Source of the DNA: an uncultured Nitrososphaerota archaeon
Lineage (GTDB): Archaea > Thermoproteota > Nitrososphaeria > Nitrososphaerales > Gagatemarchaeaceae
Length of the DNA: 64,000 nt
Assembly: GCA_963718895.1 (NCBI GenBank)
Contig: CAVRAG010000008.1
Span: 32,001-96,000, forward strand
Reading direction: 5' to 3'
Under the pieces are notes generated by a model. That model was not told the origin of the DNA and did not search any database. It saw only the letters and a program-made list of their open reading frames with translations. Shown here piece by piece: positions 42,830 to 53,226 of this stretch. The position numbers and the translations under genes are program-made. The stretch's first letter is position 1, and the number at the start of each line of letters is the position of its first letter.

Positions 42830-44366
42830 TCAGAGATACTCCCACACCTTCTTCCCCTTGTAGTTGTAGACGATCGACTTCGGCGCAGTCACGTAGTTGA
42901 TCGTGTAGCTGATGCCGGACTCCCCGATCCCCGAGTCCTTTCTCCCGCCGTAGGGGTAGTAGCCTATGCCGTGTCGTGGCTGGTCGTTGATGTAGATCGC
43001 TCCGACCTCCAGGGTGCGGATCAGCCGCCGGATGCGGTTCATGTCCCGCCCGAAGACCGCCGCATCGAGGCCGTACCTCCTGCCGTTCGCCAGCTCGATG
43101 GCCTGTCTCAGGTCTGAGAACGGCGTGATGGTCGCGATGGGGGCGAAGACCTCACCTCTGTAGAGCTCGGTGGTCACGAGGACCTCGCCCGAGACCTCGA
43201 GCAGGGTGGGCTCGACGTAGTTCGTCTCGAAGGCCCGGCCACCGGTCAGGACCAGGGCGCCCTTCGCCTCGGCGTCGCGAGTGGCTTCGCGCATCGTGGC
43301 CGCCGCATCCATGTCCAGGAGTGGGCCCATGGTCGTCTCGGGCTCCCTGGGGTCCCCCACCCTTATCTTGCCCAGCTCTCCGACGACGAGGCGCTTGAGT
43401 TCGTCGTAGACCCTCTGCTCCACGAAGACGTGCTTGATGGCGTCGCACCTCTGTCCCGCGAAGCTGGTCATCCCACCCACGATCTTCTGGGCGCTTGCCG
43501 GAAGGTCTGCATCGTCTAGCACGATTGCAGGGTCGCCGCCGCCAAGCTCGAGCACGTACCTCTTTATCCCCGCGAGCTTCAGGATCTCCCTGCCGCTCTG
43601 GGTGCTCCCCGTCAGCGTTATCCCCGCGACCCTCTCGTCGCTAGCGATCTTTGCAAGCTGCGAACCCCTCATCGTGAGGACGGCCAGTGCCTTCTTCGGG
43701 AACCCCGCAACCTCGAGCACCCTCGCCAGGAGGAGCGACGCGATAGGCGTGGAAGAGGCTGGTTTGATCGATTATCGCGTTGCCCGCTATCGTCGAGTAG
43801 ACGAGCTTGTTCACGGCGTCGAAGAGCGGATAGTTGAAGGGGTTTATGGCGAGCACGACCCCGATGGGCTCCCTCCGCACGAGTCCCTCGGTCTCGATTG
43901 TCTCGCCGCTCCAGTCGCCGGGGATGTAGTCGCCGATCAGCTTCCTGGTGTCGAAGTCAGATTTCCTCAGCCGTTCCACCGCTGCCCGTACCTCGCCCAG
44001 CGCGCCGGCTCCGGTCTTCCCGGCGTTGACAGTCAGGACGGCCGCAAAGTCCTCAGTGTACTCCTCCATCAGGTCGGCGGCCCTGTGGTAGACGTCCAAC
44101 CTCCTAGTTCCCGGCATCTCCCTCAGTGCCGCGCGGCCCTCCTGGAAGACCTGGGCGAAGGCGCCGGAGGCTATCTTCTCACTTAGTACGGGGACCTGCG
44201 CGACGACGGAGAGGTCGATGGGAGACCTGACGTCAGACCAGTCCTCGCCCGAGTACCAGCTCCCTGCGAGGAACGTCTTGAACCTAGGGAGCACGCCGTC
44301 CTCCAGGGTGTCACAAATGGGGTCAAACGCATCCGATTTCAGTTTGATTTCCGGCTGGGTCACCAT
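42830..44366 (-). CDS. gapN: Non-phosphorylating glyceraldehyde-3-phosphate dehydrogenase (frameshift near 43770)
   Basis: ALDH motifs ELGGGDP, GQRCDAIK; GDYIPGDW; C-terminus IVYNYKGKKVWEY typical of archaeal GAPN. Confidence 0.9.
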
Positions 44367-44606
44367 GATGCACTCAGTGGTGGCGCGAGCCTTGTTAACC
44401 TATTCGCCCGGCGTGCACGGGCCAGATGGAGTGCGGAGACTGGTACGCGGCGAGCAGCTTTTGACCAGCATCAGATTGCATACAGATTGCGGACCTGAAC
44501 GAGCTTTGGGGCCAATCCGGTCCTTTCGAGAGATATGGAGCCCAAATTCATGTCTCCTAATTTCTGCTTCATATCGCTTAAATTAGAAGCTCGAATCGAA
44601 TACCCG

Positions 44607-45458
44607 ATGAAGAAAACTCTATCGACAGTACTACTCGGCTTCCTCCTCGTCACAACCTCGTTCATCATCTTCGCCCCCGCGGTTCGTGCCAACGTGGCGT
44701 ACACGGTCCAAGTCGGCTATGCCGACGACCTCAGAGCCGCGCCCAACTTCCCCAGTCCATGGTGCGGCTCACCCAACGTTGCGCTCTTCGCCAGTGTTGG
44801 CGATAGTGTCTGCGCAGGTAGCGGGCCGACCTGGGACGACGGTGCCATCCTCATCACCAACACAGGATCGAGTTCGTTCACCATCAACAGCCTAACGGTT
44901 CTTGAACCAAACGACTGGTGCGGCTCCGGTGGTTGTACCATCTGGGGCGGCTACCTCCCGTTCATTCTAGCACCGGGCAAGCAGGCAATATTCGCCCAAA
45001 CGAGCGGACAGAACTTCGACACCAGCGACTTCGGACTTCCTGGGATCGGACCTTCACTGACTGACAACTGCAATGCAGGCGCAGAGCAGGGCTCAGCAAC
45101 TTGTGTCAACAACATTCCCACCGTCGAATTCACGGTAAACGGCGTCCAGTCCAACTTCAAGGACGTCGGATTCACTCTGGACACCGGCGGATTCGACGCG
45201 GTCAACTCCAACCCATGTCCTGACAACGGCAACCCCAACAGCAGCAACGACCAACCAGGCGCATGCAACGAATCTCTCCAGTGGAGAGATATCTCCTCAA
45301 CCTGCGGTATCACATGCCCCGGCGGAAACCCAACACCCACAGTGCCTGAATTCGGATTCCCAATCGTCCTCGTCGCGGCCTTAGGCCTCCTAGCCCTGGT
45401 CCTCGTCAGGAAAGCCGTACTGCCACGCAGAATCGTTCCAGCAAGAACGTTAACGTAA
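44607..45458 (+). CDS. Secreted Cys-rich protein with PEFG-CTERM anchor
   Basis: Signal peptide; VQVGYADDLR; tail VPEFG-TM-RK. Confidence 0.8.
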   Translation: MKKTLSTVLLGFLLVTTSFIIFAPAVRANVAYTVQVGYADDLRAAPNFPSPWCGSPNVALFASVGDSVCAGSGPTWDDGAILITNTGSSSFTINSLTVLEPNDWCGSGGCTIWGGYLPFILAPGKQAIFAQTSGQNFDTSDFGLPGIGPSLTDNCNAGAEQGSATCVNNIPTVEFTVNGVQSNFKDVGFTLDTGGFDAVNSNPCPDNGNPNSSNDQPGACNESLQWRDISSTCGITCPGGNPTPTVPEFGFPIVLVAALGLLALVLVRKAVLPRRIVPARTLT

Positions 45459-45594
45459 GCAATCTGAAGAACCTAGTTGGTCAACCGACCACTAGGCCCC
45501 TCCTGTTTTCGGGAGGCGCGACCGGTCTTTCACGGGTACTGGATTCGAGCCCAGGAACCAAACCGATATCTACCGGCGCGCACAACAATCGCCG

Positions 45595-45729
45595 ATGCCG
45601 ATCTGTCCCAAGTGCAAGAAGCTGATAAGCGCGAACAACTATTCACGACACCTCAGGAGGTGCGGCACCCAGCACAAGCACGGGCCGGCCACCCTCGACC
45701 ACCCCGAGAACTTCTACATGAAGATCTGA
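45595..45729 (+). CDS. 44-aa C2HC zinc-finger microprotein
   Basis: Manual translation MPICPKCKKLISANNYSRHLRRCGTQHKHGPATLDHPENFYMKI. Confidence 0.7.
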   Translation: MPICPKCKKLISANNYSRHLRRCGTQHKHGPATLDHPENFYMKI

Positions 45730-45846
45730 GACGGCCGAGGGACGAGATGGGGCCTCTTCGGAGGTTCCAGGCCCCCGGTTCGACGCCGGGCCTTTCCCCG
45801 GGTGTGGCGAGAGAGTTATTAGCCACCAAAAACGCGGCCTCCGAAC

Positions 45847-46170
45847 ATGTCTTCATCCAAGCCCTTTCGCAAGGAAGAAATCGCAGGCAAGATCGTGATC
45901 GACTCGACCGGTAGGAACACCGGCAAGGTCAGCGACGTCACCTTCACACTCGATGGCAAGATAACCCTGATTGTCGAGAAGAACGACGGCGGCGAGCTCC
46001 AGATACCCATGACGAGGGTCATGGGCGTCTCCGACAACGTCATCGTCAGGGACGAATCCACCCCAAGGATGGGCCCCGTCACCCCGGGGATGGTCGCCTG
46101 CAGGTCCTGCGGACGCGAAGCGCCCATCGGGACTCTCTGGTGCCCGTCGTGCGGTAAGTCACTCGCCTAG
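45847..46170 (+). CDS. PRC-barrel plus zinc-ribbon protein
   Basis: GKIVIDSTGRNTGKVSDV; CRSC...CPSCG. Confidence 0.85.
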   Translation: MSSSKPFRKEEIAGKIVIDSTGRNTGKVSDVTFTLDGKITLIVEKNDGGELQIPMTRVMGVSDNVIVRDESTPRMGPVTPGMVACRSCGREAPIGTLWCPSCGKSLA

Positions 46171-46290
46171 GCCTCCGGTCTCGGCCTCCCTTATCCGGGG
46201 AGGCCTCACCCTACCACCGAAACTGGACTTTCCGACTAGGCAAGACTATGCAGAAGCTTTATCATGCGGCACTCTGGCGCGAATTCTGTT

Positions 46291-47166
46291 ATGACGCTCT
46301 CAGCTAGCATAGGGAACTACTGGGAGCTGATCAAGCCCAAGATCGTGCTTCTCCTGGTCTTCACCGGGGTCGCCGGGATGCTCGTCGCCTACAAGGAGGC
46401 GGGAGTCCCCATCTCGGGCGTCCAGCTCATAGTCGGGTTCGCGGCGATATTCCTCGGCTCCGCGGGCGCCGAGGTGCTGACGAACTACCACGACAGGGAC
46501 ATCGACGGCATCATGAAGCGGACGAACCACCGACCGATACCAAGCGGCAGGATCACGGAGAGGAGGGCCCTCATCTTTGGGTTCGCGACATCCATACTCT
46601 CGGTCGTGCTCGCCTACTGGTTCAACGCGCTGGCAGCCGCCTTCATGGTCATCGGCCTCGTCGACAACGTGGTGGTCTACTCGCTCTGGCTGAAGCGCAG
46701 GTCCTGGCTCAACATAATCCTCGGAGGGATCTCGGGCGGTATGCCCGTGCTCGTGGGCTACGCCGCCATCGCAGGAACGGTCTCCGCCCTGGCGATATTC
46801 ATGAGCGCGCTGGTCATAGTATGGATCCCGACCCACATCTGGTCCCTCGCCATAAGGACCAGGCAGGACTACGTCAACGCAAAGATCCCGATGCTCCCGG
46901 TGGTGGTGAGCATGAGGGTCGCGACGGTCTGCATCGCGATCACGAGCAGCCTGCTGGCGGTCTTCTCGCTCTCGATCTTCTTCGTCGCGACGGTCAGCCT
47001 CTTCTACGTCGTCTCGGCCGTCGCATGCGGTGCGGCGATCCTCGGATACAGCGTCAAGCTGGTCATCGACAGGACCGAGAAGACGGCCTGGACGCTCTTC
47101 AAGATCTCGAGCCCCTACCTCGCCATCATCTTCACGGTGCTCGTGATGAACTTCTGGGTATTCTAG
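46291..47166 (+). CDS. cyoE: Protoheme IX farnesyltransferase (heme o synthase)
   Basis: LIKPKI, DRDIDGIMKRTNHRPIPSG, WIPTHIWSLA. Confidence 0.95.
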   Translation: MTLSASIGNYWELIKPKIVLLLVFTGVAGMLVAYKEAGVPISGVQLIVGFAAIFLGSAGAEVLTNYHDRDIDGIMKRTNHRPIPSGRITERRALIFGFATSILSVVLAYWFNALAAAFMVIGLVDNVVVYSLWLKRRSWLNIILGGISGGMPVLVGYAAIAGTVSALAIFMSALVIVWIPTHIWSLAIRTRQDYVNAKIPMLPVVVSMRVATVCIAITSSLLAVFSLSIFFVATVSLFYVVSAVACGAAILGYSVKLVIDRTEKTAWTLFKISSPYLAIIFTVLVMNFWVF

Positions 47167-47174
47167 GCGCCGTC

Positions 47175-48767
47175 TCAGATCTGCTTGTGGACCATGGCCA
47201 CTTCCCTCACGTAGAAGTACTCGTCCACGCGGACAAGCAGCGTCGTGACGTCGTAGGCTCTGCGGATCGCCGCCCTCGCGGTCGAGGCCAGCTCCCTGAC
47301 CCCCAGCTTGTCCATGTCGACGCAGCCGCCCTGCGCTATGCCCATGGTGTGCATCCCCTTCGCGTGGTAGCTCCGGAGCTCGGGGAGCGTCTTCGACCAG
47401 CTGAGTCCGTAGTTCCTGATCAGACTGCCCGCGATCGTCTCGAGGACGCCCGCGTAGGCCTCGATGGCCACCTGTTCCTTGCCCGGAAAGCCCACCGCGT
47501 ACTCCTTGAGGTGTGCGGCTATCTGCATGTAGATTGCCGCGCCGCCCGGCACCGTCCTGGGGTCCTTCTTGGCGTTCCTGAAGAGGCGGACGACGTTCTT
47601 GACCACCCGCTCGGTCTCGTCGACGTGCTCGAGCGAGCTCCCACGGATCAGTATCGTCGACCCCTTGGGCGCCTCGATGATGACGTACTCGAGCCCCTCT
47701 ATCTTCTCCACCTTGAGCGCGTCAACCTGGCCGAGGTCCTTGGCCTCGATGTTCTTCACGTCGCCGACGGTCGTGGCTCCCGTCGCCTCGGCGACCGCGT
47801 CCATGTCCTCCTGGCCGATGAGCTCGAAGGCCGTGATTCCCCGCCTGGCCATCTCGTCGGCCACGGGCTGAACGATCTTCGCCCTGCAGAAGACCACCTT
47901 GGCGCCCGCCCTGTCGACCGCGTCGACCAGCGCGTCGTTCATGCGGCGCTCCTCCTTCTTGAACTTCCCGACCTGCTGCGCCTCTGTGATGTCGAGCTTG
48001 ATGTGGAAGGCCCCCTGTCCTTTCATCAGTATCTCGAGAGGCTTGTTGTCGAAGGTCTTGTTGACCACGGCGACCTTGACGTTGTGAAGCTCCTCCGGCA
48101 TGCTGGGATGGAGCCTCTCCTTCTTGACCATCACGCCCTTTATGAGACGGCTGTCGGCCACCGAGCCACCGCTCTTGGTGACAACGCGGATGCGCTTCAG
48201 GTCGATCCCGCCCTGCGACTCGGCCCTCGCGGCGGCCTCCAGGAGCGAGGCGCGGAGACCGGGCGTGAGCAGCTTCCTGCCGCACTCGGCTACGTCGAGG
48301 ATCTGGTTCCTGGAGTCACCCTTCTCGGCCGCGGCCTTCTCTATCACGACGAGCGCTTCCTTCGTGGCGGCCAGGTAGCCCCTCAGTATGACGTTGGGGT
48401 GGACCTTCTTGTCCATGAGCCTCTCGGACTCCCTGAGCAATCCGGCGATGATTATGACCATCGTCGAGACCCCGTCGCCCACCTCCTCCCGGTGCAGCTT
48501 AGCCGCCTCCGAGAGGGTCTTGACTGCGGGGTACTGGACCTCGAGCTCCTTCAGCATCTCCACCGAGTCCTTCGTGACCTTGATGATCCGCTCAGGACCC
48601 CTGTTGAAGGTCACCATCTTGTATGCGCCCCGGGGTCCGAGCGCGCTCTCGACCTTCTGGGCCGACATCGCGGCGAGGTTGAGGTTCTGCCTCCACGCGC
48701 GCTTCCCCCTCAGCCGCCCGAAGTTGGGAGAGATGACGTCTTTGTTCGACGTTGTGTCCTTCTCCCC
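47175..48767 (-). CDS. Divergent group II chaperonin (TCP-1/thermosome family); start uncertain
   Basis: LGPRGAYKMV, VGDGVST, HPNVILRGY, STILIRG, LLVRVDE. Confidence 0.85.
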   Translation of the reverse strand, partial: GEKDTTSNKDVISPNFGRLRGKRAWRQNLNLAAMSAQKVESALGPRGAYKMVTFNRGPERIIKVTKDSVEMLKELEVQYPAVKTLSEAAKLHREEVGDGVSTMVIIIAGLLRESERLMDKKVHPNVILRGYLAATKEALVVIEKAAAEKGDSRNQILDVAECGRKLLTPGLRASLLEAAARAESQGGIDLKRIRVVTKSGGSVADSRLIKGVMVKKERLHPSMPEELHNVKVAVVNKTFDNKPLEILMKGQGAFHIKLDITEAQQVGKFKKEERRMNDALVDAVDRAGAKVVFCRAKIVQPVADEMARRGITAFELIGQEDMDAVAEATGATTVGDVKNIEAKDLGQVDALKVEKIEGLEYVIIEAPKGSTILIRGSSLEHVDETERVVKNVVRLFRNAKKDPRTVPGGAAIYMQIAAHLKEYAVGFPGKEQVAIEAYAGVLETIAGSLIRNYGLSWSKTLPELRSYHAKGMHTMGIAQGGCVDMDKLGVRELASTARAAIRRAYDVTTLLVRVDEYFYVREVAMVHKQI

Positions 48768-48774
48768 CTAACGC

Positions 48775-49375
48775 TCAGTGACGGTGCTGAGAGCGAATGA
48801 CGGCGTCGGATATCAGCTCGACGCGGTCAAGCCAGCCGAGGCCCAGGTCCAGTTCGCTCATGAGCCGCAGGGGCACGAGGGGGACCTTTGTGCCGATCGA
48901 CATAGACCTCGTCGGGAGTGAAGTCGAGCGGGTCTCCCCACTCCCACTCGGCGACCTTGATCTGCTCATCGCCGAGGATTTTGACCTTGACGTCGTTCAG
49001 CGTCAGCTCCGCGTAGTTGCTCTTGATGTAAACCGGGAGCATCTTTCCCTCGACGTCCGCCTCCCTCTGGAGCTTCTGCTCGACCACGGCCGGCGAGAGG
49101 GTCTGGTACCCCGCCATGATCGTGCAGATCTCCTTGGTGCCTTCCCTGGTCGTGAGAATCTCGATGAAGTCTGCCTGGACGTTCACCCCGTGCATGATCT
49201 CGCCAGCGTCGCCGCCTATCGCCCACTTGGCGTGGACGTCTTTCAGGCTCTCGCCGATCTTGATGACCGCCTTGAGGACCGGCTGACTGAGCATGACGAT
49301 CTCCTCAGGCTTGGGAACCTTGCTCCCCAGCATCGGGATGTCTGGCAGGGGCCTCCCACCGGGGATGTTGAGCAA
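48775..49375 (-). CDS. Nucleotidyltransferase-fold protein (frameshift near C-terminus)
   Basis: WAIGGDAGEIMHGVNVQADFIEILT resembles the NTase N-terminal motif. Confidence 0.55.
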
Positions 49376-49477
49376 CCACAGACCTCCACCGGACGCCTAA
49401 AACACGTGCGATATTACCTCTTCTGTCGACGCCAAATCGAGCATTCGCCTATATGCCCGCTTCTCCGAAGGACGGCC

Positions 49478-49699
49478 ATGATCTGCCCTAGTTGCAAGGA
49501 GTATGTCTTTGTCAATAATCCGCTGGAGTGTCCGAAATGTCACTTTGGAGTTCGCCTGTGTAAGCCCTGTTTCGGCACGGGCGAGGTCGAGTTCTGGGCC
49601 TCAGGGTTAACCTATCACGGGAAACGCGAGATGAGAAAGTGCGATGCCTGTTCAGGTCTGGGCCTGGTAGAAGCAGCCGAAACAAAGAAGCCGGCGTAA
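49478..49699 (+). CDS. Small zinc-finger protein with DnaJ-type CxxCxGxG motifs
   Basis: CPSC, CPKC, CKPCFGTG, CDACSGLG. Confidence 0.7.
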   Translation: MICPSCKEYVFVNNPLECPKCHFGVRLCKPCFGTGEVEFWASGLTYHGKREMRKCDACSGLGLVEAAETKKPA

Positions 49700-49753
49700 G
49701 AAAACACCTGGGATGGCCCGTCCCCGAAGGACGGACCATGGTCAGTTTGCTGC

Positions 49754-51557
49754 CTAGATGCCGCCTGTCCCCGCGGACAGAGGCCCTGGGTTCTTCAGGT
49801 ACTGGATGATCCCATCGGCCACGACAAGCGCCGAGGCGCCTGCCGGGTGCGTCCCTCCGGTAGTCGTATTGCTTCCGACGGGAAGGGTCGATCTCGCCCG
49901 CCGCGAAGAGGTTCTGTGCGGTCCAGTGCTGTCCCCATTTGTTGAACACGGAGACTGTGGGGTCGACGCCGATTCTGGCGCCGCCCCGCGTGTGTGCCGA
50001 CCAGTTCGTAATGTGACCGGTCAGAGGGGTGGCCGCCGCACCAATAGTGACGTTTGTTGCACCCATCTTGGTCAAGATGGCCGCATACTGAGGTGCCTGT
50101 GCGTTGGAACAGTTCGTCCCGTTCGCCACTATGTCCATGGTTTGTCTGGCCAATGGATCTCCGTAGGCGTCGTTGTAGTGGGGGTCGAGGTCCACGAAAT
50201 TGTCTGTCGTAGCCGGGAAGGTCCCAGAGCCGGCGAAGCTGAGATTCTGCTTCGTGACAAGGAACTTGTTCGCGAGGCTCGCCTTGTAGTTGCTGCCGAT
50301 GTTGTTAGCGCTCGCGGACCCTGCAATTCCGAGGTTGCCTGGGCCTGAGCCCATGTACGAGCCTACCATGAGCCTGCTGCCGCCTATGAAGTTCATGCCC
50401 GTATGGTCGAAATTGTCGTCAGCAAGGTCCAGTATCTGTGTCCCACCTCCCTGGCCGTTGCCAGCCGAATATGCGTTTCCTCCGATCGCAAGTGTACCTG
50501 TCGCTGACCTCGATGGCCCACCGGCAGGCTGCGCAATTCCCCTGCCCAGTGTCCCGGTTATGGTCGTGGGGTTGTAGTTCGTGCCTATCCCGGACAACAT
50601 CATGAGTCGCACGATGTTGAACCCCCAGAGGCAGTTCGCGAATATCTTCGCGGGCTGGACGTGGATGTTGCCCATGAAATCGTAGTATCGGACGGCCGTA
50701 ATCTGTCCGTTGCTGTTCGAGTCGAGCCTGAAGATGTAGTTGTTTACCCTGAGATCCAGATTGCCGCTCTTCAGCGCGGCAGGGATTGTTCTGTAGGCGG
50801 AGTTCGCCTTGGCTCCTGTCTCGCATACGTAGTTACAGCCCTCGCCACACCAACCGTCGTAGACGCACGCGTTCACCTGCACTCCATATTGGTTCATGTA
50901 CGGTTGAGTTGCAAGCGAGACCGGCACGGGGTGGGGACTGTAGCCCAGGGCTTCGCAGGCGTTCGCATAGGCCGTTCCGGTCGGCGTGGCTGGGCACGGA
51001 GGCATGGGAAAGTTGGAGTTCGGCTGGAACGGCGATTGGTTGGTGCCGCAGACCCCCCAGGCCTGCTCCCAGTCCGCGTAGTAGGGGACGAGGTCGTTAT
51101 ACTCGTACGGATAGTCGAAGACGTCATGGTTGGGGACGGCCGCGTCCAGGTACGCCTTGCCGTATCTGCTGACCGTCGACGAGTACATCGAATATACCCA
51201 GTTGCTGTATCGGCCCATCTGGCCTCCGTAGTGCTGAGTGGCACCACCAACCCCATGACCCGCCGTATGGACCTGGCCCGATGTGTTGCGACGGACGGGA
51301 AGTGCCATCTGGGTGGTGTTGTTCCTCATGGTGAAGGTCGAGAGCGAAAGGGGATGGTCGAACTTCCTGTTCCAGGCAATTCCCCACTCGTCATATTTGA
51401 TTGGCGCGAAGTCGGTCTGGTAGTTCCAGTACGGGCCCTTTTCCAACCCTACCACCTTGTAGCCCGCGAGGGCTAGCTTGACAGTTACGTCTCCTCCCAT
51501 TGCTCCCTGGCCAAGTACGACCGCGTCCACCGGCTGATGCTGAATTACTTGAGACAT
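49754..51557 (-). CDS. GMC oxidoreductase, gluconate 2-dehydrogenase flavoprotein-like (copy A; frameshift near 49885)
   Basis: VVLGQGAMGG, LEKGP, GVGGATQHYGG, DLDPHYNDAYGDPL, HTRGGARIG. Confidence 0.9.
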
Positions 51558-51559
51558 CT

Positions 51560-52786
51560 CTAGTCGCCTCCCGCCCCAGCGGTGTACCCAAACGCCGCTT
51601 GGAACTGTGCGAGGCTCACAGGCTTCAGCTTGGTAGGTGTCGTCGCTACCATGAGCGCCTGCGGCGTTAGCCCCTCGTTGTAGAAGTTGCCTGTGTTGAC
51701 TCCGTTGAATCCCACGTATTCCCAACCTACCATGCCTCTGTTGCCTCCGTGCATGGGGTCCATCAGGAAGCCGCAGTAGGTCATGAAGAAGAGCTCAGAG
51801 AAGAAATCCGCAGGATTGATGTTGTTGAACGACGACGCGCCGGGTTTTCCCCCCGCAAGGTCGGTGAGCACCTGAGCCCTCACGGTTGGACTGAGTGTCT
51901 CGAATGCTCCGCCATAGGCGCTGCTTGAGTAGCTCTCCAGACCAAGCACTCCGAAGCGCCAGAACGCGCGAAAGTTGAAGGAGTACTGGTATCCGTAGCC
52001 CGCCGAGATCGACCCTGCCACCGTGCCTCCTTGGTACGTCACGCCATCGACGGTGATTGGTCCTTTCGTTCCTGGTGGTACGAATGGGCCTTGGGCGTAC
52101 ATGTTGCCAGCTTTGCCGTACTCTCCGGCAAGTTGCCTGTCGATGAAGAAGAGAGCTCCTGCCTCCTTCCCACCAGGGCCGTTGCTGTCTGACGGAATGA
52201 TTGTCTCGATCGCCGCTTCTATTGCCGCGGCCTCCTGGGACCCGAGCGTCTGCAACCCGTCGGCCACACTCATGAGGCTCTGCGTCTCATTCTGAAGTGC
52301 ACTGACCTGTGAGTTCGCGCTCGTCACAGCCGAGTTAAGCGAGGTGACCTGGCCGTTCAGGCTGGTAATCTGTCCGTTGGCGCTCGTGAGCGCCTGTTGG
52401 GTCGCCGTGAGCTGCGAGCTTGCAGTGTTAAGCTGCGCGCTCACCCCGCTCAACTGAGAGTTCGCGCTCGAGAGCTGGGCCTGGGTCGAGGTCAGCTGGT
52501 TGTTCAGCGAGGAGACCTGGCCCTGGGCCGAGCTGAGCTGAGATGCGGTCGAGTTGAGCTGGTTCTGCGTTGAAGAGAGCTGATTTTGGGTAGAGCTGAG
52601 CTCGTTCTGGAGGGAGGCCAATGTGCTGCTCGAGTTGCTATTATTCGTACCTATCAGGCTGTTGTAATATGCGACACTTGCAACGCCTGCCACTGCGGCA
52701 CCTGCAACTACGCCGGCGCCGATCTTTAGAAACGATCTGCGGTCAGCTGGTTTTTGCTGCCCGCTGGACTGGCTGCTATCGGCCAT
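51560..52786 (-). CDS. Gluconate 2-dehydrogenase subunit-3-like protein with Tat signal and coiled-coil insert (copy A)
   Basis: DRRSFLK; heptad repeats; IIPSDSNGPGGKEAG..FFIDRQLAG; GFLMDPMHGGNRGMVGW. Confidence 0.88.
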   Translation of the reverse strand: MADSSQSSGQQKPADRRSFLKIGAGVVAGAAVAGVASVAYYNSLIGTNNSNSSSTLASLQNELSSTQNQLSSTQNQLNSTASQLSSAQGQVSSLNNQLTSTQAQLSSANSQLSGVSAQLNTASSQLTATQQALTSANGQITSLNGQVTSLNSAVTSANSQVSALQNETQSLMSVADGLQTLGSQEAAAIEAAIETIIPSDSNGPGGKEAGALFFIDRQLAGEYGKAGNMYAQGPFVPPGTKGPITVDGVTYQGGTVAGSISAGYGYQYSFNFRAFWRFGVLGLESYSSSAYGGAFETLSPTVRAQVLTDLAGGKPGASSFNNINPADFFSELFFMTYCGFLMDPMHGGNRGMVGWEYVGFNGVNTGNFYNEGLTPQALMVATTPTKLKPVSLAQFQAAFGYTAGAGGD

Positions 52787-52790
52787 CCCT

Positions 52791-52817
52791 AATACGTATG
52801 TTATATTCCTATATAAC
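52791..52817 (-). promoter_or_regulatory. Promoter/operator of GMC operon A
   Basis: GTTATA-TTCCTA-TATAAC inverted repeat overlapping TATA; 26/27 identical to 56194-56220. Confidence 0.7.
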
Positions 52818-53226
52818 GTTACTCTGGTCTACGGTCCTGAGATTTGCATCCTCTGGTCGCGAGGACCTAGGCCGGTCTGCGCTTACGCAAAAGGCCGTCC
52901 CGGCCGAATCACTGACGACAGAAGGTCGGCGAAAATCGGCGCATCGGACCCGGGCGCGTTTCACGCACCAATCTGAGTGACTCTCGTGGGAACCATTGGT
53001 AGGATTCTGGGGGAGTCGGGCCTTGTGCGGGCAACCTATGGCTGACAGCACGTGCGCGCGCCACTACGCTATAAGACGCCGTTAACTAGGTCCCAGAAAG
53101 GTCGCCCCTCTCGGCCCTCATTCTCTTTCCCCACACGAACCCGCCTTGCTGATGACTCGCCTTACCCAAAGAGGGAAAAGATTCCCTGGAGCAACGGGCG
53201 AGGCTCTCCGCACACTACTCACGCGC

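Noticed and set aside
45774-45790. tRNA gene
   Set aside because: Only a T-arm-like hairpin; no D arm, anticodon arm or acceptor stem.
46821-48800. 659-aa plus-strand ORF and similar long antisense ORFs (31259, 35865, 37064, 53857, 57892)
   Set aside because: Shadow frames of well-supported opposite-strand genes in GC-rich DNA; no recognisable motifs.
52791-52817. dif/Xer site
   Set aside because: It has a 6-bp spacer, but arm polarity differs from dif and it sits at the TATA position of both operons.
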